From positions 105,965-169,964 of the forward strand of contig MU008222.1 in NCBI GenBank assembly GCA_010909165.1: 64,000 bases of DNA, given 5' to 3'. The notes below the pieces were generated by a model that saw only the letters and a list, made by a program, of their open reading frames with translations, did no database searches and was not told the origin of the DNA. The stretch comes from Anthoceros angustus. Taxonomy: Eukaryota > Plantae > Anthocerotophyta. Below are positions 1 to 11,005 of this stretch, piece after piece (position 1 is the first letter of the stretch; every line of letters begins with the position of its first letter). Made by a program: the position numbers and the translations under genes.

Positions 1-333
1 TTCTATCGCTCTTGACCTTCACCTAAGTCAAGACTTGCTTGCTTACTCCCTTCTACTCAACCACTACTACCCCACTTGTCTAGCCACCACGGCTCTTATT
101 CCACGCAAATCTCATTCCGCGCAAATCTCATTCCACGACCGTGCTCTCACGGGTAGTTGCTTCGACCACAGGTGGGTCCCACACCCAAACCCTAGCGACT
201 TATTTCCGGCGCGCGGATCCACCACGGCGTCCACCGTGCCGCGGATCCGGCTTTATTCGCACTCCGCACACATGCACACACCGATTCCTAGACCTAAATT
301 CCACTAAATCCTCCCGCTCACACACACATAAAG

Positions 334-348
334 TAGCGTCTTGCGGGG
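334..348 (+). other. Possible degenerate tRNA-Asp primer-binding site
   Basis: TAGCGTCTTGCGGGG follows ...CACACACA and resembles the Athila PBS TGGCGCCGTTGCCGGGG, with mismatches. Confidence 0.35.
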
Positions 349-544
349 CAAGTGGAGGCTTAGACAAAAAGATTGTGATTGGAGGTCAAGGCCTTGAAAA
401 ATCAAGCTCCACGGAGGTCACCTCACCGCAAGACATTGGTGTATTGCTCAATTTGTCATCAAACCGACACACCAACCGGAATGTATCCGAGCACGGCATC
501 GTGAATCACGTGGAATCTGTCATGCCCGTGATTATTGGTACGTG

Positions 545-3500
545 GATGAGGCTTACCAAGTGCAAAGTCGCGGAAGCCCTCAATCGATGAGGGCGACTTA
601 CCAACCCGCAAAGACCGGCTGTGGTGGTATGGGTCACGGCCTACCTCACCGGGACCATGAGACCGGAGCCGCCACAAAGGCCAATGGCAATTCCACCGGT
701 GCTGTACAATTGTGGGACACCGGTCATTATTCGAATGAATGCCCAACCTCGAAACAAATGGGTTATGTACCTTTTGTCAAGTATGCAAGGAGTTGGGGCA
801 CAAGGTTGGTGACCCAAGGTGTTGAGTAGCAAGGGTAGCCTCAGACGCCCGGTGAGGTTCACAGCCTCAGCGGAAGGAACGCCGTCCAACCGCAATCACG
901 GTGACCACAACGGCTTTGAAGGTGGAAGCGAATTGATTTTCTTGATGAATCCAGCGTGTATTCAGGGATTGTAGAAGAAGGGTATGAAGGAGAGATGAGT
1001 GCAGACAAGGGCTGTTGGTGGCCAAAGTTACCACCGATCCGAGCCGAGAGAAAGACCGAAAATCCGGAAAGCGCCGTGAACGAGGAACGGAAGAAAAGGA
1101 AGGTGAGGGACGACTCACCTTGGCCTCCGAGACTCGTGGGGTCGGAATTTGGTAGAGGAGGAGGAAATGAAGAGGTCCATAAGACGCCTACCGTGGTAGG
1201 AGCTCCTACCATGGTAGGAGGAACGCCACTGGTAGGAGGCGAACCTACCATGGTAGGAGGGGAGGAGTGACCCACCCACAAGCGGAAGAGGGGAGGAAGG
1301 TGTTTCCGACATCGCAGAAGGAAGTGGCGGAAATGTTGGAGGATGAGCTAAGGAGGCTCACCCAACATGCGAAGATGGAAGAAGAGGCGAGCCTCGAAAT
1401 TGATCATGATCATGGAGTCCCAAAGGGACCAAGAGTGTGAGGAGTTTACCAATAAGGTCGGAGCCGACCAGCATCGGCTGCAAACGGGAGGAAACATTGC
1501 AAGATCTCCAGGATGCATTGCTTGAGAATTTGTGGTCACTTGAGACAATTATGTGAGTCCAAGATCCCGCAAAATTGTGAAGGAAGCGATTAGGGGATCC
1601 CGAACCCATGGGGACGAGAAGGAGGCCGGTGGAGGTAAATGTGGTTGAACTTGTTGATTTGGGCGCCAGAGATTGAAATTGAGATTGCTGCGTGCCTAAT
1701 GTGCCATTAGATTCGGGTTCGAGTCAACTTGATGACGGAGGAGACAGCCATCGCCTTGGTTTCACCAAGTTTAACCCAATCCGAGTGTTCTTGAGGATGG
1801 CGATCAAACAAGGAGGAAACCTTTGGGGGTCCGAGAAATGTGCCAACCGTGATTGGTGGTCTCACATTCCATCTTACCTACATTGTCATGAGGCCTGTCG
1901 ATCTAGGCTACAAGGTTTTGATAGGCGTGCCTTGGTTGTATGGTCGCTTGTGTCTTTGATTTCGAGCTGCATTACATTTAAGTCATGTAGGGTAGGGCTC
2001 TGAGGTCGCTTGTGTCATGGAGCAAGGCACCTATGGTCCGATGGGTACACCTCGGTAGTACGGGGTGAGCTCTTCGGTGACCGAGCTACGAGGACCCCGC
2101 TTGAGGTGGCGATAAAATCGAGTTGGTGTACACCGCCACAAGTAGATGGTGTGTCGAGGAGGAGTCGAGGACGAGGCACATAGAGAAGGAGTAGCCTCGA
2201 AGGGTAGAGCCTATGATCGCGATTTCCCCGAAGGATCGTGAATAGTGTGTAGCTCAAGGGACTTATGTAGATCCGCACGCAGAGAGGACTTGGAGCTAGA
2301 ACCCGCAAGGTGGTCAAGATCTCCGGCATCTAGGAGTGGTAGAAAAGAAGAATTTCGTAGGGTCCTTAGAGAATATGTCGATGTGTTTGCCTTCAAGATT
2401 ACCGACATGACAGAATTCAAGAATTGGGGATACACCGAATCGATTTGAAGGCAGCTCTGGATCAAGCAATCCAAGTATTCTATGGTCGCCAAGGATCGAC
2501 CAATACTTGGAAGCCGGGTGATTTATCCGGTGCTTACCAAAGTGGGTCGCCCCCATTGTAATTGTACCTAAGAAGCAGGGAAGGTACGTGTGTCGATTTC
2601 GTGAAGCTTAATGAAGCAAGAAGAAGGACCACCACCTTGCCTTTCATGGACAGCGTCGACACTGGTGCCATGAAATGTACGCTTTCTAGATGGGTACTCG
2701 GTTACAATCGATTTCGTTGAGGAGGGAGGACCAGACAAGACTACGCTCAACCGATTGGGCGCTTATTCCAAGCTACCTTTTTGTGCAACGCTCCGCCACT
2801 TTTCAGGTGGTGAATGCTATCTTCCGAGATTTTCTCGGAAGTTCATGGAGGTATTTCGGATGATTTTGCGTTTTGGGAGGAAGTCGCACCTAGACACCTA
2901 AGACAATGTTTTGGCGGGAGTCCAACATGAAGCTTCATCCAGGGAAGTGTTATTTTGGCATGACTAAGGTATTTTGTTGGCACATCGAGTTTCGAGAGGA
3001 TTGCGGTAGATAAGGAGAAGGTGGCGATTATAGTGAGATGGACGCCACCCCAAACGGTGAGGCAAAGTGCGTGCCTTTGTAGGACCGGTAGGATATTACA
3101 GGAGGTTCATCAAGGATTTTGCTAAGAAGGCGCCTTGCGACCCAATTGACCAAGAAGGATACACCTTTCGAATGGACTGCAAGACAGGGCTTTTCCTGAA
3201 GGACTGTGAGCGCACCACGTTACGCCAGATTGGGAGAAACCGTTTCATGTATACGTGGATGTGTCCGCTTATGCCATTGGGACCATCTTAAGCCGGAAGG
3301 ACGAGAAGAACGGACCATCCGATTTTCTATGCGGTAGATGCTCACGGATGCGAGAAGAACTACTCAACCACAGGCGAGAGGGTCTTGGTATCATTTACTC
3401 AAGAAGTTTAGGCACTATCGCTTGCTTGCAAAGTGACGCTTCATGTTGACCATTTTGCGTTGAAGTACCTTGTGAACAAGCGATTTGTCGTGAAGGATTG

Positions 3501-5710
3501 CCGTGGGTACTACTGCTGCAAGAGTTTGATTATGACGTAGAAACTAGGCGAGCGCATCGGATTGATTTCATTTCTCGTCTGGCGGAGAGCGACTTGAAGC
3601 CACAGACCGATTTCGACGAGGAGTTGGTTGCCACGGCCGGGTCAAGGGGAGGACGTGAGCATGTTGTGGACGGCCTAAGGATTGATCAGCAAGTCTTGTT
3701 GCCAGCAGAGGTCAAATGAGCAAGAAGGAGCGGGAAAGGCAGCAGACAACTGGAACCGAGAGAGGATAAAGGGCGCCAGTATGGGCGCGAGGAGGAGGCT
3801 GGAATGCTCCTCAAGGGTGAGCAGTCAGGAGGGCTGCAAGTGGAGGCCAGCCGTTGGCAAAGAAAGAAGCAAAACGGATGGAGCCGGGAGCAGAAAGGCG
3901 CCCACTTGGCGAGGTCAAGCCAGGCGCCATGGGCGCGAGGAGAAGGCCCTAGGGAGGTGGACACGCCGGCGAGGAAGGAGATGCATCCCATGAAGCTTGA
4001 GCAAAACGCAGGAGAGAGCGATCATGGGCAATCACTCAAAAGCCATGGAGGTGCAACCAGGAGGAGGTCGCCATGGGAGCACGAGCTGGACCTGGACATG
4101 AGGCTAGACCAGAAGGGAAGAAATCGAACTTGTTGGAAGGAGCATTACGGTGCAGCTCAAAACTTAGATGGACAAAGCGGGAGAAACATTTGTGGATGGA
4201 ACAAGCCGTCGGGCCTGGCTGCTGGTGCGAGCTAGCAGGAGGCGACGATGGTGGAAGGATGATGGAGATTAAGAAATCGTGAGGGGAGAAGTGCACACAA
4301 AATGGTGTCGAGGGGCATGTCGCTAGAGCAGGAGCAGGATGGCTCTATGATGTGTATGAAGGAGGATTGTGGAGAAATCACACTCAAGATATGCTTTTGG
4401 AATTGCAAGAAGGAGGGTCGACCAATTCATCGATTATCTGCGAAGCACATGCGTAAGAGATCTGCTAGGCACGATCTAGGGCTGACATGAGTCTAGAAGG
4501 TCGGAGATGGTGTACCAGATGATGCACAGTCCACGATGCAGGGATGTAATGCTTAGGAGAAGAATTTTGTGAGCCGAGTTGGCGGGGTTGTGGCCAGGCC
4601 CACATCCACTGAACAAGCTAGATCCACAGGCGTGCTGGCCCATTTGAGAAGTCATCAAAAGCCAAGGATCCGTGAAGAGTTTTGTGCAAGGAGATTATCT
4701 TGGTGGGGATTCGCAGGAGAAAGGGTGAGCAGCACAAGAGGGCTGCAAGTGGAGGCCACGGTTGGGAGAAGAAAGCAATCTGAGGGACTACATGGCGTGT
4801 GTGCGTGATGGAGCCAGGAGTAGGGATGGCTGATGGTGCATGGAAAGGGCGGGAAACTCATCCAAAGCTTGAGCTCAGAAAATCATTCATGGGCCCAAGG
4901 AAGCCACTTTTGTGGAGGTCGAATGGAGAGATCAACGAGCTCTGCAGGAGCCTGGTTTCTGAGACACAAGAGCAGTTGATCTGTGGACCGCAGCCAACAT
5001 GGACACTCCACGGGTCATAATGTACATGGGGCTGACGCCCTGCGTGTGGCTAGTAGGAAGTGGCGAAAAGTGCATGGAAGGGAGGTTAGACGTGAAGGAC
5101 TCCATGTACGTTATTGAATGGTGAGGTATGAAATTTCTTGGAGCACGGAATCATGTTATGTCTAGGGAAGGGCGTGCTCTCTCCTGTGCCATTGTCTGAG
5201 ATGGGGTCTTATACAAGCTTGGTTTGGATGAGAAGATCCGACGTTGTTTGGAAGGAAGCTTCTTCTTAAAGAAGCTTTGCATGCGAGAGGTTGGAGGCCA
5301 TTATTGTGTAAATCACGTGAAGAAGATCTTAGATGGAGCATTATGGGCTTACGGAGAAAGTGACAAGAAGACTCATATTAGCGAATGATGCCCGATTTGA
5401 AGTACCTACCTATAGAATCATGGAGGATGGCGATGTATGAGAGTCGGTGACTAGAGTCTTTCATAGAGCAGAGGAACGTGGGGAAGATGCTTTAGAAGAA
5501 ACTCTGGTGGAGCTTAGAAAGGATAGGCATGATGGGAAGTTGAGGCAAGCTGGATTTGGTTCTTCTATATGATGGCGTATATGGACTTCCGAAGCCAGAT
5601 GGATGGGACCTTGAGGAGGTGGTGTGAGAATGGATCCGTGAACTCGTGTCTTTGGATGGGGATTTTTGCAACTAGAGTGAATGGGTGGAAGGTTAAGTAC
5701 CTTCAGGATT
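545..5710 (+). pseudogene. Frameshifted Gypsy gag-pol polyprotein with the integrase core deleted
   Basis: Zinc knuckles (Y)NCGTPGHYSNECP ~700-745 and CQVCKELGHKVGDPRC ~775-822; protease LDSGS ~1707; RT WVAPIVIVPKK ~2543, FLDGYS ~2682, EVF-DDF ~2850; RNase H FHVYVDVSAYAIGTIL ~3244 and WVLLLQEFDY ~3504; integrase N-terminus DGVLYKLGLDEKIRRCL ~5200 and C-terminus TRVNGWKVKY ~5670. Confidence 0.85.
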
Positions 5711-5924
5711 CTGTTTGGGGCAAAAGGGTGAGAGATGTGGAGCAAAAGTTTGGGCAACAAGCTTAAATGAGTTTGCTTTGAACAGACACTCTTTGCTAGA
5801 AATGGTTTGGTGAAGACATGCAAGGAAATTTTTGCTCCTTTTTTGAGTTGTAGGACCATGTCGGAAGGCAGAGGATATGCAGGAAAAGAAACGGGTCAAA
5901 ACGACCTCTGGTGAGGAGAAAAGG

Positions 5925-6165
5925 TAACCTACATGAGTGGTAGGGTGTCCTACCAGTAGGAGAAACTCCTACCATGGTGACGAGGGTAGGAGAGATCCTA
6001 CCACCGTGGGAGAATGACCACCGCTAGTGTTTTGATCACCTACCGTGTAGGAATAGCTCCTACCATGGTAGGAGGGTAGGAAGGTATCCTACAGTGGAGT
6101 AACTCCTACCGTGGTAGGAGAAAAGGAAAACGCCTACCATGGTAGGAGGATGTCCTACTAGGAGA
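5925..6165. repeat. Cluster of CCTACCRYGGTAGG palindromes 3' of pol
   Basis: Several CCTACCATGGTAGG / CCTACCGTGGTAGG copies plus degenerate ones. Confidence 0.85.
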
Positions 6166-6199
6166 TAGGTTCTAAGGAAGGTAGCTTATGTTTTAGGCA

Positions 6200-6410
6200 G
6201 GATAGGCTTGCTATATATAGAGTCTTTTAGTGGACTAGATAAATAGGCCAAAATAGGTAATTAAGAAATTAGAGGCTAATTTTCAGTAATTAGAAATTAG
6301 AAAAATAGGGAAAATTAGGAAGGAATGGTGGGAAAGGGCCACGTGGCACACATCCAAGGGCAGGATAGAATGGTAGTTACTTTTCTAACCCTTGGGTGAC
6401 TTATAAAAGT
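6200..6410 (+). promoter_or_regulatory. Putative internal promoter of ORF-X
   Basis: AT-rich tract, G-box CCACGTGG ~6339 and TATAAAA ~6402. A homologous segment lies upstream of the minus-strand ORF-X copy (~14250-14470). Confidence 0.4.
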
Positions 6411-6926
6411 GGCTGCAGCAGAGGCCACAACTCGAAACTTGAAGAGGCGGCCTCGCAGAAGGCACACCTCAAGCTCAAGGCCCCCCACACACCGTGCACG
6501 CTGTTGAGGAAGAAGGAGGCGCAAGCTTGGGCAGGAGAAAAGGCAGCGCGCCAAGAGAGGAAGGAGGAAGAGGAAGAGAAGAAGAAGGAGAAGAAGGTTG
6601 GGCAACCCAACACTTGCCCTCGTGAGGGTGCCTAGGAGGGTGGAGCGTGGCAAGATTGCTAGGAAACCGTGCGAAGGAAGGGCTCCTAAATTGCGTGCAG
6701 TGTAAGAGTCCGTGGGGAATTTTGGTGAGCTTTCTCTTGCAGGAGAAATCGGGTTTTGGGGCGCCAAGGTGTAAGGGCTGGAGGAGAGCAAGGGCAAGGA
6801 CCTTTGAGCTGTGAGCAAGAGCAAATCGGGAGGAGGAGAAACGTTTGCAAGGATAAGAAGGCGGCGGTGCAGGAATTGCAGAGAGGCATCACTTTTCTTC
6901 AATTTCGTGCAAGTACCAAGGAGGCC

Positions 6927-9551
6927 ATGACCAAGGGCAAGGAGGTAGTAGCCAAGGAAGGAGCGTCCACCAAGGAGGTGGCGCAGAGGCAAGAGGTCTA
7001 AGGCGGAGGATCGAGACCGGAGGTGGAAATTTGACATGCCCTTATTACGTGCTATGCAGGCCAGCTATCCTCTAGAGACCTTTCAGACTTTCGACCTTGG
7101 GCAGCAGAGGAGAATATTCAGCTAGAGTGGGTGTATGGGCGACATTGGTCTTACACCAACCTTGAATTGATAGAGAGTGTTTTGCTAAGCAGACGGAAGA
7201 GGAATTGGCTGCCTTACCGGATAGAACGCACGACGGATCCACGGTGTTGGACCGAAGGAGCATACGCCCGGTATATGGCGGATAGCGAGGATAGCGGAAT
7301 CACGTTGATGGAAGGAACGAGTGGAGGCAAGCGTGCATCAACGGCGGATCTTCCCAAGGAGCCCTTACACTTATGCAAGGGGCATGAAGGCTAAGTCTAA
7401 GAACGGTTGGCGGACGGACCAAATCTTGGAGCCCAAGTGGAGATTGTTCACAAGAATTGTTTTGGGCTTGGTGAGCAATCCAAGGGTGTCATATTTCAGC
7501 ACTACCTTCCTCCATTTTCTATGGAAGATCACTCAAGGAGCGAAGCGGATTGGGGCTCATCATGTATGAAGCATACACCTACCACCGGAAAAGAAACCCA
7601 ACGTCGGATGAAGATGACCCTGCTATCTTAGCACTTATCTAGTGCATTTGTGGGAAGTAGAGGGCTACTCACAAGTAAGGAGTTGGATGATTCCAAGCAT
7701 CCCTTTAACATTGTGTACTTACGGGGAGAGGGACGAGTGCTTGGTGCTTTGCGGCTAAAGGAGGTGCCGGCACCACGGACATTATTCTGGAAGGAATCCT
7801 CGAAAGATAGGCCGGAGGATGTGCAGGAGGACTTGCAAGGAGAAGTTGTAGGGGATTTGAAGTTTGGACCGGAGGATGCGGAGATGGAAGGTAGGATAGA
7901 TCCTACCATGGCGGGAATCCGCCTGCGAGGTGGGAGGTGTTCCCACAGTGGTTTGGGACCCCTTTCGTCCTCTCATGACAATGGGGAATTAGTCCTACCA
8001 CGGTAGGAAGTAGTCCTACTGGTAGGAGCACCTCCTACCAGTAGGAGGAAAGGAAGTCACGGTTTGGAAGCTCCCAAGCGGGAGATAAGAAGGCAACCGG
8101 CCCGTTAGGTGGGCGAGCGGATGGAGTCACGGTGGGAGGTTGCCCCACCAAGTGATGAGCGGGAGCTCATCATAGGGAAGCAAGGGATGTAAGATCCCAT
8201 GAGCAAGGCAAAGGCCTTGAGTCTCCGGAGGTAAGAAAGGAGACTTGGACATGTTGGAGGAGATGCTGCGCATAGGGAGATGTTCAAGGTAGACATAGGA
8301 GCCGCCAAGAGGAGAGTTGAATTCTTGAAGACGGAGGCGGAAGACAAGGACCCCAAGCAAGGGAAATTGCGGTAGGCGGCGGAAACCCGGCGGAGGATGT
8401 TATGAGGATGGAAGCTCAAGTGGAGCACTTGGAAAGAGTCTTGAAACAAGGCTACAGGCAAATCATATTCGAGAACAAGGCTCTTACCAAGCAATTGGCA
8501 GCTCGAGAGGAGAAGGTGGAGCAACTTGCTCACATGGTGCGCACATGGAAAAGAAGGCGAAGACAAGCAAGTGCTGCTAATGGAGGAAAGGTCAAGACGA
8601 GAGCAATCTCTGCAGAAATGAGGCACAAAGGCAAGTAGGCGCACATGAGCGGGTCATAGCCACAGTGTGAAGATTAGTGACATGGAAAAGGAGCTGGGAG
8701 AAATCCACGAGGTGGAATTGAAGGAAGAAGAGCTGGAAGAACGGACACATTTTGTCCATAGGTTGGAAATGGAACGAGAAGTCCAGCAACAGGAGAATGC
8801 ACCTAGGAGGATAGGGGAGTTGGAGGAAGAACTGGCGAAAGAGAAAGGCCGTCATGAGGCGGTTGTGCAGCATATGTTGGCGGTGAGGGAGCAAAGATTT
8901 TGGGCTGATTATGCCCTACAGGAAAGATTGATCCGCCAACTGCAAAATGAAAGGACGGAGAATGTGGCTCTCCATGTCAAGACTGGTGAGCTGGCCCTGG
9001 AGCGAGATGCTTACAAAAGCAAGTGTGAGCATGGAGTATGGCTTGAGGATTACGAAGAATTGGAGATGGCGATTTGCAGCCCATCTTCACAACAAGGTGC
9101 TCAAGGCCACTAACGAGTTGTTGCGACTTCGAAAGGAGGATGTTGGGACCTCATGAGATGATAGGAGGCCCTCATGCAAGTCCAACCGGAAGCCTTAGAC
9201 TTGGAGAGTGTCCAAGCGGGGGTGAAGAAACTTGGAGAAGCAAGTGGGGAAGCTGCACAGTGTGGAGAATCACCCGGAAGGGGTAAGGAAGAAGAAACGA
9301 CCGGTAGGAACTCCTACCGTGGTAGGAGGAGTTCCTACCGTGGTAGGAGGGACTCCTACCGTGGTAGGAGAAGGTCCTACCATGGTAGGGCCGGAAGAAG
9401 CAGATTCAAAGGCTAGCATGGATTGTGGTACCTTGGCCCTTGCGAAAGAAGGAAGAGGGGTTGATCTTGCGAATGGAGCAAGAATCACAAGGAGAAGACC
9501 AACCTCCTAACATGGGTGCAGGAGCAAGGAGCTCACTTGCTCCACAAGTGA
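6927..9551 (+). pseudogene. ORF-X: retrotransposon accessory protein (basic N-terminus, conserved globular domain, PTVVG repeats, long coiled coil), frameshifted
   Basis: Motifs YGRHWSYTNLELIE, DPRCWT, GGKRA, RGMKAKSKNGW, KWRLFxxIVLGLV, GLLTSKEL and HLHNKVLKAxNE recur in copies at 13089-13625 (-) and/or 43220-48030 (+). Confidence 0.75.
9300..9390 (+). repeat. 21-bp tandem repeat of palindrome-containing units inside ORF-X (PTVVGxx peptide repeat)
   Basis: Four CCTACCRTGGTAGG units at a 21-bp period. Similar arrays at ~1187-1257, 11640-11715, 44001-44160 and 47884-47940. Confidence 0.9.
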
Positions 9552-9710
9552 GAGGAAGAGGAGAAGGCGAGGATGAGCCTGGCTAAGAGGAGCTATTTTA
9601 TTGGAGGAAGGAACTCAAGATAGGCATCAAGATAAGGAAGGGATTCATAAGAAGTCCTTAAATTAGCTTGAAGACATGGGGCAAGATGCCACTTGGGAAG
9701 ACTTTTCTTT

Positions 9711-9723
9711 AGAGGAGGGGAGG
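9711..9723 (+). other. Polypurine tract
   Basis: AGAGGAGGGGAGG just before the LTR-like sequence. Confidence 0.55.
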
Positions 9724-9729
9724 CATTAA

Positions 9730-10778
9730 TGCTTGTCATGAGTGTGTTGACTAGCTAGATAGGAATGTTGGAGAGCCATTAAGGCTCACATAGGTGAATT
9801 TGCTAGAATAGAATTTTACCCAAGATGCTTGGATGTCGAACTTAAAGTCGACAATAGGATACACTAAAATAAGGAGTAAGGTGCAGGAGGGCTGAGAGGC
9901 TGTGAGGACCTCCCTATAAAAGGAGGGAGCTTGTGAAGTAAAATTATCGTGTCTTGCGCTCCCATCCTCCCGAGTCCTTCACTTTGTGCAGGAATTTCGT
10001 CTGCAAGCCAACGCATGTCTGGTAGAGAGGAGAACGCGGTCGGTCTTTGGGTGGAGGGCTTGCTCTTTGAGGCGCCCACTGCCTCCCTTGTGAATGGTTG
10101 TTGTGTGAATTGTTTTGCTTTGAGTGTGTGGCGATGCTCAAGGAACTCTCGGCTTGAGGGTAGACTGGGGAAGACTCCTGGAGGTTCTCGTCTGTACAAA
10201 CCACATAGCCCAAGGAAGAACTCGTTAATTTCGGACGGACCCAGGGTTGTCGTGGGCGAGTTGGAATTAATGAGCCAGCAATTGGTGTTAGAGTAGGAGA
10301 TTGTGGAGGAAGGAAGGGTAGATGAGTAGAAGAAGAGGCGTTGTTGATTGAGAGAGTTGTGAGGAGGATTAGAGTGTAGGAAAAGCGGAAGGCCACAGGC
10401 GAGCCTAAGGGCCCGAATCCCAAATCACAAGTAAGAGGCGCTCACAGAGAGTGTCTTAGGAGTAGGGACGAAGTTGCGGTGTGGGTCGGGGGTCCACAGG
10501 CGCCGTGATAGACACCTTCTTTGTTAAGACGTGACTGCAATTGTGTGGTGTCGTTGTAGGTTGAGGTTTGGTGAGTTCTGAAGCGATGCGTGTAGCTGTA
10601 GAGGAGCGTGAGAGGCGCCTTGCTTGTTTAGAAGGCTGAGGTAGTGTGTAGGCTGCGGTGTGGCGGATTTCTCAAGATTCGTGTTCCCAAGTCTCATGGG
10701 GCGAAACCCAGCGTCTGAAAGCGATGGGATAAGTGTGGCTAGAGGTGCATCTCGGGGAGCCCAGGATCGCCTCCCACA
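9730..10778 (+). repeat. 3' LTR of the Athila-like element
   Basis: TATA box CCTATAAAAGG ~9913. The same terminus ...CCTCCCACA is followed by unrelated flanks at 10778 and 48831, which defines the LTR end. The start is approximate. Confidence 0.75.
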
Positions 10779-11005
10779 CTCCACTTCAGCCCCTTGATCT
10801 GTCCAGTTTTCCATTCTTGGCGTGGGCCTTCACCTCCTCGTCCATCATGTCTAGGACCTCCCGGGGATTTGAGAGGGCAATCCTTTTCCCTCCATTGGTC
10901 CTCCGAGGAGAGCAATTCTTGAGCTCTCCTCCTCCGGCCTTCCATACACATCGAATGCTTCAAAGCGTCCAACAGTTGGATCGTCAGCATTCCTCCGACA
11001 GCAGC

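Larger units (their letters stand above)
1..10778 (+). mobile_element. Degenerate Athila-like (non-chromoviral) Ty3/Gypsy LTR retrotransposon: gag-pol, extra ORF-X, PPT and 3' LTR
   Basis: Order is zinc knuckles, PR, RT, RH, INT remnants, then a sense extra ORF, a purine tract and an LTR ending ...CTCCCACA. Bases 1-330 do not match the 3' LTR, so the element may be chimeric. Confidence 0.8.

Noticed and set aside
1-330. 5' LTR matching the LTR at 9730-10778
   Set aside because: No alignment is visible with the end of the 3' LTR, so a matched LTR pair cannot be claimed.
545-5710. Programmed ribosomal frameshifts in TE polyproteins
   Set aside because: Frameshifts are too numerous and differ between duplicate copies, which fits sequencing error or decay.
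9300-9390. CRISPR-like array of palindromic repeats
   Set aside because: Spacers are only ~7 bp and similar to each other, there are no cas genes, and the context is a eukaryotic retrotransposon.
6927-9551. Retroviral envelope gene
   Set aside because: No signal peptide or transmembrane segment is visible; only the position resembles env.
9864-10814. ORFs of 90-180 aa in the LTRs (also 12169-13006, 48244-49342, 19033-19483)
   Set aside because: They lie in non-coding LTR sequence, the frames are not conserved between copies, and no motifs are recognisable.
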